A DNA stretch of 64,000 nt from Collinsella sp. (lineage in GTDB: Bacteria; Actinomycetota; Coriobacteriia; Coriobacteriales; Coriobacteriaceae): positions 7,587 through 71,586 of the forward strand of contig DXZO01000005.1 in the NCBI GenBank assembly GCA_019419625.1. Reading direction: 5' to 3'. Positions 17,182-26,241 of the stretch are shown here, one piece after another (within the stretch, counting starts at the first letter, position 1; every line of letters begins with the position of its first letter). The position numbers were made by a program, and so were the translations under genes. The notes under the pieces are model-generated. The model searched no databases. It was not told the origin of the DNA and saw only the letters and a program-made list of their open reading frames with translations.

Positions 17182-17883
17182 ATGATCGAGATGAACGCTG
17201 TAGTCGCTGCCACTGAGCTCGACGCGGCGCGTGACGCGGGTCGCGAGGGCGTGTCCGCGGGCTGGTGCGCGTGGAGCGTGGGCGATGCTTCGCTGACGTT
17301 TTCGCTGGTCGTGCGTCCGGATGTGAACATGCATGCCTTCCACGGCCTGCCGTTTGTGGCCGCGATGGGCATGATGGACGCGCTCGTGGGCACGGCTTCG
17401 ACGCCGGGGTTGGGCCTTGCCGGCAAGGTGGGCATTGAGTGGCCGAGCAATATCGTGTGCGGTGCGCCTGCGTTTGAGACGTCGCTCGCGCGTGTTGCCG
17501 TGAACGGCGGTGCCGGTGCTGCGGGCATGTTTGCCGCGGTGACGGTTGATATTGAACGTGCGGCGCTGGGCGAGCTTGGCGTGGATATGGCCGACGAGGT
17601 GCTGGTCGAGGCATTGGCCACCGCCGTGCTGACCCGCGTGGACACCTGGGCGGTTGCCGCCAACACACCACAGGGCGCTGCCGGCCCGCTGGCTCCGGTG
17701 CTGGGTGAGTACTTCGATATGGTGCCGCTGCTGGGTCGTCAGGTTGCGGCGGTGTCGCCCAACGGTTTGCCGCTTGCGGTCGGTGTGTTTGCGGGCCTGG
17801 ACATCTGGGGCCGCGCGACCATCAAGACCGATGCCGGCGAGCAGGAGTTTCCGCCCGAGGCCGTGCGCATTCGCGGCCTGTAG
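17182..17883 (+). CDS. Biotin-protein-ligase-like (BPL_LplA_LipB fold) protein with a degenerate active-site loop
   Basis: 233 aa. The ATG directly abuts the folK stop (TAGATG). IEWPSNIV resembles the BirA KWPNDI motif. GREGVSAGW replaces the catalytic GRGRxGRxW loop. Confidence 0.5.
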   Translation: MIEMNAVVAATELDAARDAGREGVSAGWCAWSVGDASLTFSLVVRPDVNMHAFHGLPFVAAMGMMDALVGTASTPGLGLAGKVGIEWPSNIVCGAPAFETSLARVAVNGGAGAAGMFAAVTVDIERAALGELGVDMADEVLVEALATAVLTRVDTWAVAANTPQGAAGPLAPVLGEYFDMVPLLGRQVAAVSPNGLPLAVGVFAGLDIWGRATIKTDAGEQEFPPEAVRIRGL

Positions 17884-17917
17884 TGCGGGTCGTTCGCGGC
17901 TAAAGATAACGACAACA

Positions 17918-18022
17918 AAGCCTTCCTCGGCATGCGCCGGGGAGGGCTTTCGCCTATCTGGGGGACGGATCGCCAGCATCCTATTCCTCAAAATCGAAAT
18001 ATTTTCAATTTTGAGGAATAGG
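17918..18022. terminator. Two hairpins between convergent genes (likely bidirectional termination zone)
   Basis: A GC hairpin spans 17918-17950 and on the minus strand is followed by TTTGTTGT. A perfect AT-rich palindrome has arms CCTATTCCTCAAAAT (17980-17994) and ATTTTGAGGAATAGG (18008-18022). Confidence 0.6.
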
Positions 18023-18071
18023 ACCGGTGCGTTGCCCAATTCGCCGCTCGCGCTCGACTTAAGCCACTGTC

Positions 18072-18845
18072 CTACGCCAGCTCCTGCATGCGGCGGTAGA
18101 TTTCGCAGATGCCCTTGATGGTGAGTTGGCCGTCTACCACGTCGAAGGCATCGGTCGAATCGGCGACGATGCCGGCGAGACCGCCCGTGGCGATAACGGT
18201 GGCATCCTCGCGGCCCAGCTCGCGCTTCATGCGCGCGACCAGGCCCTCGGCCATGGCGGCAGCGCCCACCACGGCGCCGACCTTAATGCACTCCTCGGTA
18301 TCGCGGCCGATGGCGTGTTCGGGCGCCTCGAGCGGCACGCTGGCGAGCTTGGCGGCACGGGCGGCAAGCGCGTCCATGGAGATGCGGATGCCCGGCGCAA
18401 TCGCCCCGCCAATGTAATAACCGTCCTCATCGATGACGTCGATATTGGTCGCGGTGCCAAAGTCCACCACGATTGCCGGCGCGCCGTAGAAAGTCTCGGC
18501 CGCAACGGCGTTGGCGACGCGGTCGGCGCCCACGGCCTGGGGGCGCGCCGCGCGCAGCTTGGTCACGGCGGCCGTCTGCGGCCCGATGACGATGGCGTCT
18601 GCGGCAATGCGGTCGGCCACGGCGTGCCACTCGCGCGAGAGCTGCGGCACCACGCCCGCAAAGGCGATCGCGTCAACCGCATCGAGCGAGAGGCCGTACA
18701 TCTTAAAGAAACCCATCAGGCGCACGTGGATCTCGTCGGCGGTATAGGAGCGGTCGGTGGGCATACGCCACGACTGCACCAGCTCGTCTCCGTCAAACAG
18801 GCCCATGGCCGTCTGCGTATTTCCCATATCGATAGCGAGCAGCAT
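18072..18845 (-). CDS. coaX: Type III pantothenate kinase
   Basis: Starts MLLAIDMGNTQTAMGLFDG, with DFGTATNIDV and TGGLAG motifs. Start at the ATG at 18845. The rest of ORF 18072..19223 runs antisense through the tRNA and is spurious. Confidence 0.9.
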   Translation of the reverse strand: MLLAIDMGNTQTAMGLFDGDELVQSWRMPTDRSYTADEIHVRLMGFFKMYGLSLDAVDAIAFAGVVPQLSREWHAVADRIAADAIVIGPQTAAVTKLRAARPQAVGADRVANAVAAETFYGAPAIVVDFGTATNIDVIDEDGYYIGGAIAPGIRISMDALAARAAKLASVPLEAPEHAIGRDTEECIKVGAVVGAAAMAEGLVARMKRELGREDATVIATGGLAGIVADSTDAFDVVDGQLTIKGICEIYRRMQELA

Positions 18846-19041
18846 GTCTACTCCCGGTGTTGGCATAAAAGGACGCGCACCATTGTATACGTGCCGTCGA
18901 CGGCGCTCGGCTGCGATTCGTTTACGGTGATAGGGGCTGAGGGGTTTAAATATGAAGGAATTATGCTCTACGAGATTTTCCTTGCCGTTTACCGAACTCC
19001 CGCGTAATATTCTTTCTTGCGCACATGAGGCGCCCAGACAT

Positions 19042-19118
19042 TGCGGGGTGGAGCAGTCTGGTAGCTCGCCGGGCTCATAACCCGGAGGTCGTAGGTTCAA
19101 ATCCTGCCCCCGCGACCA
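19042..19118 (+). tRNA. Initiator tRNA-Met (CAT anticodon)
   Basis: 77 nt, nearly identical in layout to E. coli tRNA-fMet. The anticodon arm is CGGGCTCATAACCCG with three G-C pairs. It has a GGTTCAAATCC T-loop, a weak 1:72 pair (U:G), and an encoded CCA end. Confidence 0.92.
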
Positions 19119-19127
19119 AGAACTTGC

Positions 19128-19160
19128 AGCTCGTCGGCCTAGCCGGCGAGCTTTTTTGTT
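19128..19160 (+). terminator. Intrinsic terminator after tRNA-fMet
   Basis: AGCTCGTCGGC / GCCGGCGAGCT stem with loop CTA, followed by TTTTTTGTT. Confidence 0.75.
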
Positions 19161-19207
19161 ATCCGACGACCATGTTTTCGGCACGGTTCTCAACCTCTCA
19201 AACAAAA

Positions 19208-19425
19208 TCTCGATCTGTAACATCTAGACCCGATTTGGGCGGCTAGGTGTTACAGATTGAGATGTTGAGTCCCCGCCTGGACGGTTTGTCTAAATCTGTA
19301 ACACGAGGGACGGTTTTTACTGAGTAACTGTTACAGATCTAGATCTTTCGGCAGGCTAGATTGGTTTGTCTCAATCTGTAACAGTTGCTCGGCAAAATAG
19401 GGTCTTACTGTTACAGATTGAGACA
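19208..19425. repeat. Hairpin-repeat array (BIME/REP-like), copy 2 of 3; three units
   Basis: TCTCGATCTGTAACA...TGTTACAGATTGAGA, then TGTCTAAATCTGTAACA...TGTTACAGATCTAGA, then TGTCTCAATCTGTAACA...TGTTACAGATTGAGACA. Loops are about 25 nt. Confidence 0.9.
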
Positions 19426-19565
19426 AACCGACGGGCCGCCCCGCCCCATCCACCTGCCGCCACCTGATATTCGCCGATTTTCGTTGTGCCGCTGTGCCCC
19501 CATGCCATATCCTCTAAACAACTACGCGGCACCATCGCTGCCGCGCCTACAAGAGAGGAATATCC

Positions 19566-21596
19566 ATGACCGCACCTGCATCCAAGCTGCTCCAGCCCAT
19601 TACGGTTGGCCCCCTTGAGCTCAAAAACCGCATTATGTTCCCGCCGCTGACCACCGGCTATGAGGAGCGCGACGGTTCCATCGGCGAGCGCAGCCTGGCT
19701 TTTTACGAGCGCCTGGCCCGTGGCGGCGTGAGCTACATCGTCATTGGCGACGTTGCTCCCGTCATGACCGCGAGCCCCACGCCCAAGCTGGCGACCGACG
19801 CCCAGATCCCCACGTTTAAGGCGCTGGCCGATGCCGTCCACAAGCACGGTGCCAAGGTTGCGCTGCAGCTGTTCCACCCCGAGTACGACGTGCCCGGCGT
19901 CGGCCGCATGGTCATGGGATCCATGGCCGCCGCCAAGGCCGCGCAGGAAGCCAAGGCCGCCGGCGACGAGGAGGCCTTTGCCGCCAAGATGGCCGAGTCC
20001 AACGAGATCCGCAAGCAGGCCTATGCCAAGCTGCACCACGATATGCAGCACTTCGTGAACGAGGCGAGCGTGGAGCAGCTCACTCAGATCAAGGAGGCTA
20101 TCGCTGCCTCGGCCGCTCGCGCGCAGCAGGCCGGAATCGACGCCATCGAGGTCCACGGCGACCGCCTGGTGGGTTCGCTGTGCTCGGCCATCCTCAACAA
20201 GCGCACCGACGAGTACGGCGGCTCGTTCGAGAACCGCGTTCGCTACGCGCTCGAGGTCGTCGCTGCCATTAAGGAAGCCGCGCCGCAGCTGATGGTGGAG
20301 TACAAGCTCCCCGTGATCATGGAGAACCCCGACGGCACGCCGCGCGGCAAGGGTGGCCTGCAGCCCGACGAGGCCTGCGAGTTTGCCAAGTTGCTCGAGG
20401 GCGCGGGCATCGACATGATCCAGGTCGCACAGGCCAACCACACCGGCAACATGGGCGACACCATTCCGCCCATGGGCGCCATGCCCTACAACTGGACGCT
20501 GCCCGTGGCCGAGCGCGTCAAGGCCCTGGTCTCCGTGCCGGTGGCAACCGTGGGCCGTGTCGTCTCGGTCGAGGCCGGCGAGAAGATTCTGGAAGACGGC
20601 GCGGCCGATATCATCGCCTATGGCCGCTCGCTCATGTGCGACCCCGACATTGCGCTGAAGGCCGCCACGGGTGAGCCCATCCGCGAGTGCCTCAACTGCA
20701 ACAAGGGCTGCGTCGACGCGATTCAAAATCGCAAGTACATCTCGTGCGTGCTCAACGCCGAGAACGGCGACGAGGCGACCATCGCCATTATGCCGGGCGA
20801 GGGCGACAAGAAGATCGCCGTGGTGGGCGGCGGCATCGCCGGCCTGGAGGCCGCGCGCGTGGCGGCCAAGCGCGGCTACGACGTGACTGTCTACGAGGCG
20901 AGCGATCATCTGGGCGGCCAGATTGTGCTGGCTGCTGCGCCTCCGCGCAAGGACGAGATCATGCGCTCGGTCGAGTACTACGAGAAGATTCTGCCCGGCC
21001 TGGGCGTGAAGGTTGAGCTCAACCATGCCGCTAGCCCCGCGGATCTCAACGCCGCCGACGCCGCGATTGTGGCTGTGGGCGCGCACGACGTGGTCATCCC
21101 CGTTCCGGGTGCCGACTCGGACAAGGTCGTCTCGAGCTGGGACGTGCTGGCCGGCAAGGTGGAGCTCAGCGGGCGCGTCGCCGTCATTGGCGGTGGCCTG
21201 GTGGGCACCGAGACTGCCGAGTACCTGCTGCAGCACGGCTGCGAGGTGGCGATCGTCGAGATGCTCGACAAGATTGCCGCGGGCGAGTCCGAGACCATTC
21301 TGCCGCTGATCATGAGCGACTTCGCCGCCCACAACGTGGAGCAGCACGTTAAGACCCGCCTGGCCGCCATTACCGACGAGGGCGTGGAGGCCGTGCACAC
21401 CACCGAGGACGGCCCCGAGGAGCCGGTGAAGATCGCCTGCGATTACGTGGTGATGGCCGTGGGCTCCAAGGCCAACGCGTTTGACCTGGATGGCGTGACG
21501 GTGCCCGTGACCTGCGTGGGCGACTGCTCGGGCGAGCGCACCGCCGACATTGCGAGCGCCATTCGCACGGCGTATCACGCGGCCAACGAGCTGTAG
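19566..21596 (+). CDS. Two-domain flavoenzyme: OYE-like FMN oxidoreductase + FAD/NAD(P)-binding domain (2,4-dienoyl-CoA reductase / enoate reductase family)
   Basis: 676 aa. N-terminal PLELKNRIMFPPLTTG TIM-barrel start, a Cys cluster CLNCNKGC, and then IAVVGGGIAGLEAA and VAVIGGGLVGTE dinucleotide folds. Substrate cannot be inferred. Confidence 0.82.
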   Translation: MTAPASKLLQPITVGPLELKNRIMFPPLTTGYEERDGSIGERSLAFYERLARGGVSYIVIGDVAPVMTASPTPKLATDAQIPTFKALADAVHKHGAKVALQLFHPEYDVPGVGRMVMGSMAAAKAAQEAKAAGDEEAFAAKMAESNEIRKQAYAKLHHDMQHFVNEASVEQLTQIKEAIAASAARAQQAGIDAIEVHGDRLVGSLCSAILNKRTDEYGGSFENRVRYALEVVAAIKEAAPQLMVEYKLPVIMENPDGTPRGKGGLQPDEACEFAKLLEGAGIDMIQVAQANHTGNMGDTIPPMGAMPYNWTLPVAERVKALVSVPVATVGRVVSVEAGEKILEDGAADIIAYGRSLMCDPDIALKAATGEPIRECLNCNKGCVDAIQNRKYISCVLNAENGDEATIAIMPGEGDKKIAVVGGGIAGLEAARVAAKRGYDVTVYEASDHLGGQIVLAAAPPRKDEIMRSVEYYEKILPGLGVKVELNHAASPADLNAADAAIVAVGAHDVVIPVPGADSDKVVSSWDVLAGKVELSGRVAVIGGGLVGTETAEYLLQHGCEVAIVEMLDKIAAGESETILPLIMSDFAAHNVEQHVKTRLAAITDEGVEAVHTTEDGPEEPVKIACDYVVMAVGSKANAFDLDGVTVPVTCVGDCSGERTADIASAIRTAYHAANEL

Positions 21597-21671
21597 TTGA
21601 ACATCGCGGCCAGGCGGGGCGGTAGCACGGATCCGCCTCGCCCGGCTGTGTCCCGTCGGGTGTCAACCGGT

Positions 21672-21712
21672 GCGGGGCCTGCAAGCGCAGCAGGCCCCGC
21701 CCTTTTTGTTTT
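21672..21712 (+). terminator. Intrinsic terminator
   Basis: Perfect 11-bp stem GCGGGGCCTGC / GCAGGCCCCGC followed by CCTTTTTGTTTT. Confidence 0.8.
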
Positions 21713-22036
21713 GCTCCGGTGGATGGCAATGCGCGGTAATCATGAGGAGTAAGGACGTCTACTGCCTTGCCGATTACTCAAAATTATTGGGGGAGGGGTT
21801 AATAATCATATCCGCTATAGCAAAGGACATAAAGAGGTGTCAATTTTGTTGACAGGCGAATGACGATTGGCTGCGAGTCAGCTACCAGCGTAAATAATCG
21901 ATAAAGAAATGTCGTAAATTGGTGCCAAATGCCCAGATAACGCCGCGTCTATTTTAATTAACTGCTTTGAGCAAACAGTAAAATGCTACTATCTAACTTG
22001 CACGTAAGAAAGCAGATTAACGGTTAAGGCTAAGAA

Positions 22037-22441
22037 GTGGCAGGTATGTCGGAAGCAACTAGGACTCGCACGCATGCGCCCGAGGTTAGGCAGCGCGCCG
22101 TCGAGATCCTCCAAGAGGGGGTCGGTCATCGCGCCCTCGCCGCGGAGCTTGGCATTCCCCAGGCCACGGCTCGTCAGTGGGCCCGCGCGTATGCCGTAGG
22201 CGGTGCCGACGCCGTTCTCAACGCCGGTTCGCATCATCACACCTATTCGTACGAAGTTAAGCTCGCCGTGGTCAAGGACCGCTTGGAAAACGGCTTAACG
22301 GTTCGCGAGGCCATGATCAAGCACAAGATTCCCAGCGAGTCTTCGGTCAAGGCTTGGTGCCGCCAGTATCGCGAGAGCGGTGAGTCCGCGCTGGTTGATA
22401 AGCCGCGCGGTCGCAAGCCGCGCGTTAAAAAGGCGGAATAG
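22037..22441 (+). CDS. Stand-alone double-HTH protein resembling IS3-family (IS150-type) transposase OrfA; no OrfB present
   Basis: 134 aa (start at the GTG at 22037 or the ATG at 22046). Two HTH-like segments (GHRALAAELGIPQATARQWARAY and LTVREAMIKHKIPSESSVKAWCRQY), then ALVDKPRGRKPR. No transposase catalytic ORF follows. Confidence 0.6.
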   Translation: MAGMSEATRTRTHAPEVRQRAVEILQEGVGHRALAAELGIPQATARQWARAYAVGGADAVLNAGSHHHTYSYEVKLAVVKDRLENGLTVREAMIKHKIPSESSVKAWCRQYRESGESALVDKPRGRKPRVKKAE

Positions 22442-22451
22442 CGAACGGGAT

Positions 22452-22479
22452 GGTGCGCCCACAGGGGCGCATTTTTCTT
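22452..22479 (+). terminator. Intrinsic terminator
   Basis: TGCGCCC-ACAG-GGGCGCA followed by TTTTTCTT, 10 nt after the stop. Confidence 0.75.
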
Positions 22480-22728
22480 GCCGCGCCAACTTTTTGGACC
22501 GTCGTGAGCCTACTGGAACATCCTCCAAAGTGGTTAATAAACCGCGCGCAGTGGCCCGTGCGCCCGCCGCCGCGATAGGGGGAGCGTCGCCTCTCTGCTC
22601 CAAAGCGGACAGACTCGTTACCCCGTACGCCTAAAACTCCCCAGTTGACCGAAAACCCGCCGCCGCTACTCCTCAACTGAGCTATAACGTTAAACAATTG
22701 CAGCGTTTTTGCATGGGGGAGTGATGGT

Positions 22729-25611
22729 ATGACGCTACTGTATTTCCTTACCCTGTTTCCGCTGGTACCGGCGCTGGGCATGCTGCTCGCGCGCGGTGAC
22801 CGCGCCCGCGATGCGCTAGGGCTTGTAGGCTCTGGCATCATTATGGCGGTGACGGTTGTAGTCGCCGTCATGTTTTTTGGCACGGGCCCTCAGAGCTTCG
22901 AGGTTGCCCCCGGCACCTCGCATGTGCTCTCGATCATCAGCTCCGTCATCGACATAATTCTGTGCGCCGTCATCCTGTACAACGCGCACAAATATAGGAA
23001 CGTGCTCACCACGGTGCTCGGCATAGTCCAGCTGGTGGGCTCGCTCGCCTTCGCTGCCATGACGCTGCCCGCGGCCGAAGCCGTCACCGCAACGCCGCTC
23101 TACCTGGACTACATGAGCGTGATCATGGTCCTCGCCGTCGGCATTGTCGGCAGCCTTATCTGCGTGTATGCCCTGGGCTACATGAAGGACTTCCAAGCGC
23201 ACGACGAGCACGAGGCGGCGCTGCGCGGGCAGACCGCGCCCGACCGTCGCCCGCAGTTCTTGGCGCTTATGTTCCTGTTCCTCTCGGCCATGTTCGTCAT
23301 CGTGACGAGCGACAACCTTGAGTGGCTGTTCTGTGGCTGGGAAATCACCACCGTGTGCTCGTTCCTTATGATTGGCTACACGCGCACGCCCGAGGCCATC
23401 AAGAACGCCTTCACCCAGATCATCCTCAACATGTTGGGCGGTATCGCGTTTTTGGCCGGACTTATGTACCTGCACGTTAACGGCATGCCGCTGACCATTT
23501 CGGGCATGATCGAGCTTTCCGGCACCGGAACCGCGCAATCCGCGCTGCTGGTGATGCCGGTCGTTCTGCTGTCGCTCGCCGCACTCACCAAGGCCGCACA
23601 GATGCCGTTCCACACTTGGCTGTTGGGTGCCATGGTTGCCCCCACGCCCACGAGCGCCCTGCTGCACTCGTCCACCATGGTCAAAGCCGGCGTGTTCCTG
23701 ATGGTCAAGCTCAGCCCACTCTATGCCATCTATCCCGTGACCGGCTTTATGGTCACGAGTGTGGGTGCCATCACGTTTTTGCTCGCTGCCCTCATGGCCA
23801 TCTCGCAGAGCAACGCCAAACGCGTCCTCGCGTACTCCACCATTTCCAACTTGGGCCTTATCAGCGCCTGCCTGGGCGTCGGCGCGCCCGAGGCCGTGTG
23901 GGCCGCGATCTTCCTGATCCTGTTCCATACGGTGGCAAAGTCGCTGCTGTTCCTGTGCGTGGGCACGGCCGAGCATCATATCGGCAGCCGCAATATCGAG
24001 GACATGGACGGTATGTTCAGCCGCATGCCGCACCTGACGCGCCTGATGATGCTGGGCATTATGGGCATGTTCGTGGCCCCGTTTGGCATGCTCGTGTCCA
24101 AGTGGGGCGCCCTGGTGGCGTTTGCCCAGACCGGCAACGTGCTCATGATCATGGTGCTTGCCTTTGGCTCGGCCGCGACGTTCTTCTTCTGGGGCAAGTG
24201 GCTTGCCAAGCTTTCGGGCGTCGACCCCACGGCTCAAAACGTTGAGGTCAATGTCCATAAGACCGAATGGATGGCCCTCAACACCATCGCCGCGCTGCTG
24301 ATTCTGTGCTGCGTGGCGTTCCCGGTTATCTCGAGCGGTCTGGTGTCGCCTTACTTGGCCATGGTGTTTGGCCGCGTGCCGTACGTTATTGGCAAGGATG
24401 CCATGTATCTGATGGTGGTTATCGTGGCTTTTATCGCCGTGGTGCTGCTGACTTCATTCCGCGTGAGCAACAAACCGCACGTAAACGTATATCTTTCGGG
24501 TGTGGGAACCGACAATTACCGCCATTTCCGCGGCTCGATGGGACGCGAGGTGAAGGCCGAAAAGCGCAATTGGTACTCGGTGGACGCCCTTGGCGAGAAG
24601 CGTATTGGTCCCGCGGGTAGCGTCGTGTGCTGCAGCATTATCTTGTTTGCGCTGCTGTGTTGCGCGTGGATTGGGCCCGAGCGACTTGCCATGAGCGCGC
24701 CCTCGGTGTTGCGCGGCAAGTATTTCGAAGGCTCGGGTGTCGTGGGCATCTTTATTGGTACCGTGGCGTTTGCCCTGCTAGCGCCGCTTGTGGGCGGCCT
24801 GATCGACGGTATCGACCGCAAACTTTCGGCCCGCATGCAGGGCCGCGTGGGCCCGCGTCTGCTGCAGCCCTTCTACGACGTTGCCAAGCTGCTGCGCAAG
24901 GCCCCTGCCAGCGTAAACACCATGGACGATACCTATATGGCATGTGCGCTCATCTTTACCGTGGTAGGCGGCGGCATCTTTGTGTCGGGTTCCAACACGC
25001 TGCTGTGCGCTTTTATGGTGACGCTCGCCGCGATCTTTGTGGTGCTGGCGTCCGCCTCGACGCAAAGCCCGTTTGCGCAGGTCGGCGCCGATCGCGAGCT
25101 GCTGCAGGTTATGAGCTACGAGCCCGCCGTTCTGCTGATGAGCGTGGGCCTGTACCTTGCCACCGACAGCTTCGATTCCATTGCCGTGACGGGGCAGTCG
25201 GCCCCCATCATCGTGTACAGCGCGCCCATTTTCCTTGCGCTGCTCGCGGTGCTTACCATCAAGCTACGCAAGTCGCCGTTCGACCTTTCGTACTCGCATC
25301 ACGCGCATCAGGAGATTGTCCAGGGCGTCGCCACCGAGATGAGCGGCAGCACGCTGGCCAAGATGACCCTTATGCACTGGTGCGAGACCGTGCTGTTTTT
25401 GATGTGGGTGGGCATGTTCTTTGTCTGGGACAACCCGGTGAGCTGGGTGGTCGCCCTGGTCGTGATGGTCGCGACGTATTTTGTCGAGGTACTGATCGAC
25501 AACACCTTTGCCCGCAGCACCTGGCGCAGCTGCTTTAAGCTCGGCTGGGGCGTGGCGCTGGTGTTTGGCCTGCTCAACCTTATGCCCATCCTCGTCGACG
25601 TGTTTATTTAG
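22729..25611 (+). CDS. Fused membrane subunit of a group-4 [NiFe]-hydrogenase: antiporter-like NuoL/HyfB/EchA module + NuoH/HycD/EchB module
   Basis: 960 aa. The first ~640 aa are proton-antiporter-like (FLSAMFVIVTSDNLEWLFCGWEITTVCSFLMIGY, HSSTMVKAGVFL). The last ~300 aa carry the NuoH/HycD-type start LAPLVGGLIDGIDRKLSARMQGRVGPRLLQPFYDVAKLL. Confidence 0.85.
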   Translation: MTLLYFLTLFPLVPALGMLLARGDRARDALGLVGSGIIMAVTVVVAVMFFGTGPQSFEVAPGTSHVLSIISSVIDIILCAVILYNAHKYRNVLTTVLGIVQLVGSLAFAAMTLPAAEAVTATPLYLDYMSVIMVLAVGIVGSLICVYALGYMKDFQAHDEHEAALRGQTAPDRRPQFLALMFLFLSAMFVIVTSDNLEWLFCGWEITTVCSFLMIGYTRTPEAIKNAFTQIILNMLGGIAFLAGLMYLHVNGMPLTISGMIELSGTGTAQSALLVMPVVLLSLAALTKAAQMPFHTWLLGAMVAPTPTSALLHSSTMVKAGVFLMVKLSPLYAIYPVTGFMVTSVGAITFLLAALMAISQSNAKRVLAYSTISNLGLISACLGVGAPEAVWAAIFLILFHTVAKSLLFLCVGTAEHHIGSRNIEDMDGMFSRMPHLTRLMMLGIMGMFVAPFGMLVSKWGALVAFAQTGNVLMIMVLAFGSAATFFFWGKWLAKLSGVDPTAQNVEVNVHKTEWMALNTIAALLILCCVAFPVISSGLVSPYLAMVFGRVPYVIGKDAMYLMVVIVAFIAVVLLTSFRVSNKPHVNVYLSGVGTDNYRHFRGSMGREVKAEKRNWYSVDALGEKRIGPAGSVVCCSIILFALLCCAWIGPERLAMSAPSVLRGKYFEGSGVVGIFIGTVAFALLAPLVGGLIDGIDRKLSARMQGRVGPRLLQPFYDVAKLLRKAPASVNTMDDTYMACALIFTVVGGGIFVSGSNTLLCAFMVTLAAIFVVLASASTQSPFAQVGADRELLQVMSYEPAVLLMSVGLYLATDSFDSIAVTGQSAPIIVYSAPIFLALLAVLTIKLRKSPFDLSYSHHAHQEIVQGVATEMSGSTLAKMTLMHWCETVLFLMWVGMFFVWDNPVSWVVALVVMVATYFVEVLIDNTFARSTWRSCFKLGWGVALVFGLLNLMPILVDVFI

Positions 25612-25623
25612 GAGGCAGCATCC

Positions 25624-26241
25624 ATGGATCATAAAATGTCGCGCTCGCCGTGGGTTATTCATTACGACGGCTCGAGCTGCAACGGATGCGATATCGAGGT
25701 GCTGGCCTCGCTCACGCCGCTGTTCGATGCGGAGCGCTTTGGCGTGGTCAACACCGGCAACCCCAAGCATGCGGATATCTTTTTGGTGACGGGGTCGGTC
25801 AATGCCCAGAACCTGCCCGTCGTGCGCCAGATCTACAACCAGATGCTCGAGCCCAAGTGCGTTGTGGCGTGCGGCATTTGCGCGTGCTCGGGCGGCGTGT
25901 TCCGCGATGCCTACAACGTGATCGGCGGCGTGGACCGCGCGATTCCCGTGGACGTGTACGCGCCCGGGTGCGCCATTCGTCCCGAGACCGTGATCGATGC
26001 CATCGTGGAGGCGTGTGGCATCCTGGACCAGAAGGAGGCCGTGATGCGTGCTGGCGGTGACCCGCTTACCGTGGGCGGCGCCGCAACCTGGGACGGTGGC
26101 GTTGGGCTGGGCGAGGACGGGTTTGTGGCCGCGGGGGCCGGGACTGACGGTGCCGGTGACGCGCCTGCCGGGAAGCCCGCCGCACCCGCTGCTGGCGACG
26201 CACCTGCTGAGACGCCCGTCGCTGCAAAGGAGGCCGAGTAA
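25624..26241 (+). CDS. Hydrogenase small subunit, NuoB/HycG/EchC type, with Ala/Gly/Pro-rich C-terminal tail
   Basis: DGSSCNGCDIEVLA, ADIFLVTGSV, CGICACSGG and PGC motifs, followed by a ~55-aa low-complexity tail. Confidence 0.85.
   Translation: MDHKMSRSPWVIHYDGSSCNGCDIEVLASLTPLFDAERFGVVNTGNPKHADIFLVTGSVNAQNLPVVRQIYNQMLEPKCVVACGICACSGGVFRDAYNVIGGVDRAIPVDVYAPGCAIRPETVIDAIVEACGILDQKEAVMRAGGDPLTVGGAATWDGGVGLGEDGFVAAGAGTDGAGDAPAGKPAAPAAGDAPAETPVAAKEAE

Noticed and set aside
18846-19223. N-terminal 126 codons of ORF 18072..19223 (would extend coaX)
   Set aside because: The extension runs antisense through tRNA-fMet and repeat DNA. The canonical CoaX N-terminus MLLAIDMGNT starts at the ATG at 18845.
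21597-22036. Hidden small protein genes in the AT-rich island (e.g. ORF 21670..21852)
   Set aside because: No SD, odd composition spanning the terminator, and no recognisable motif. More likely promoter or foreign non-coding DNA.
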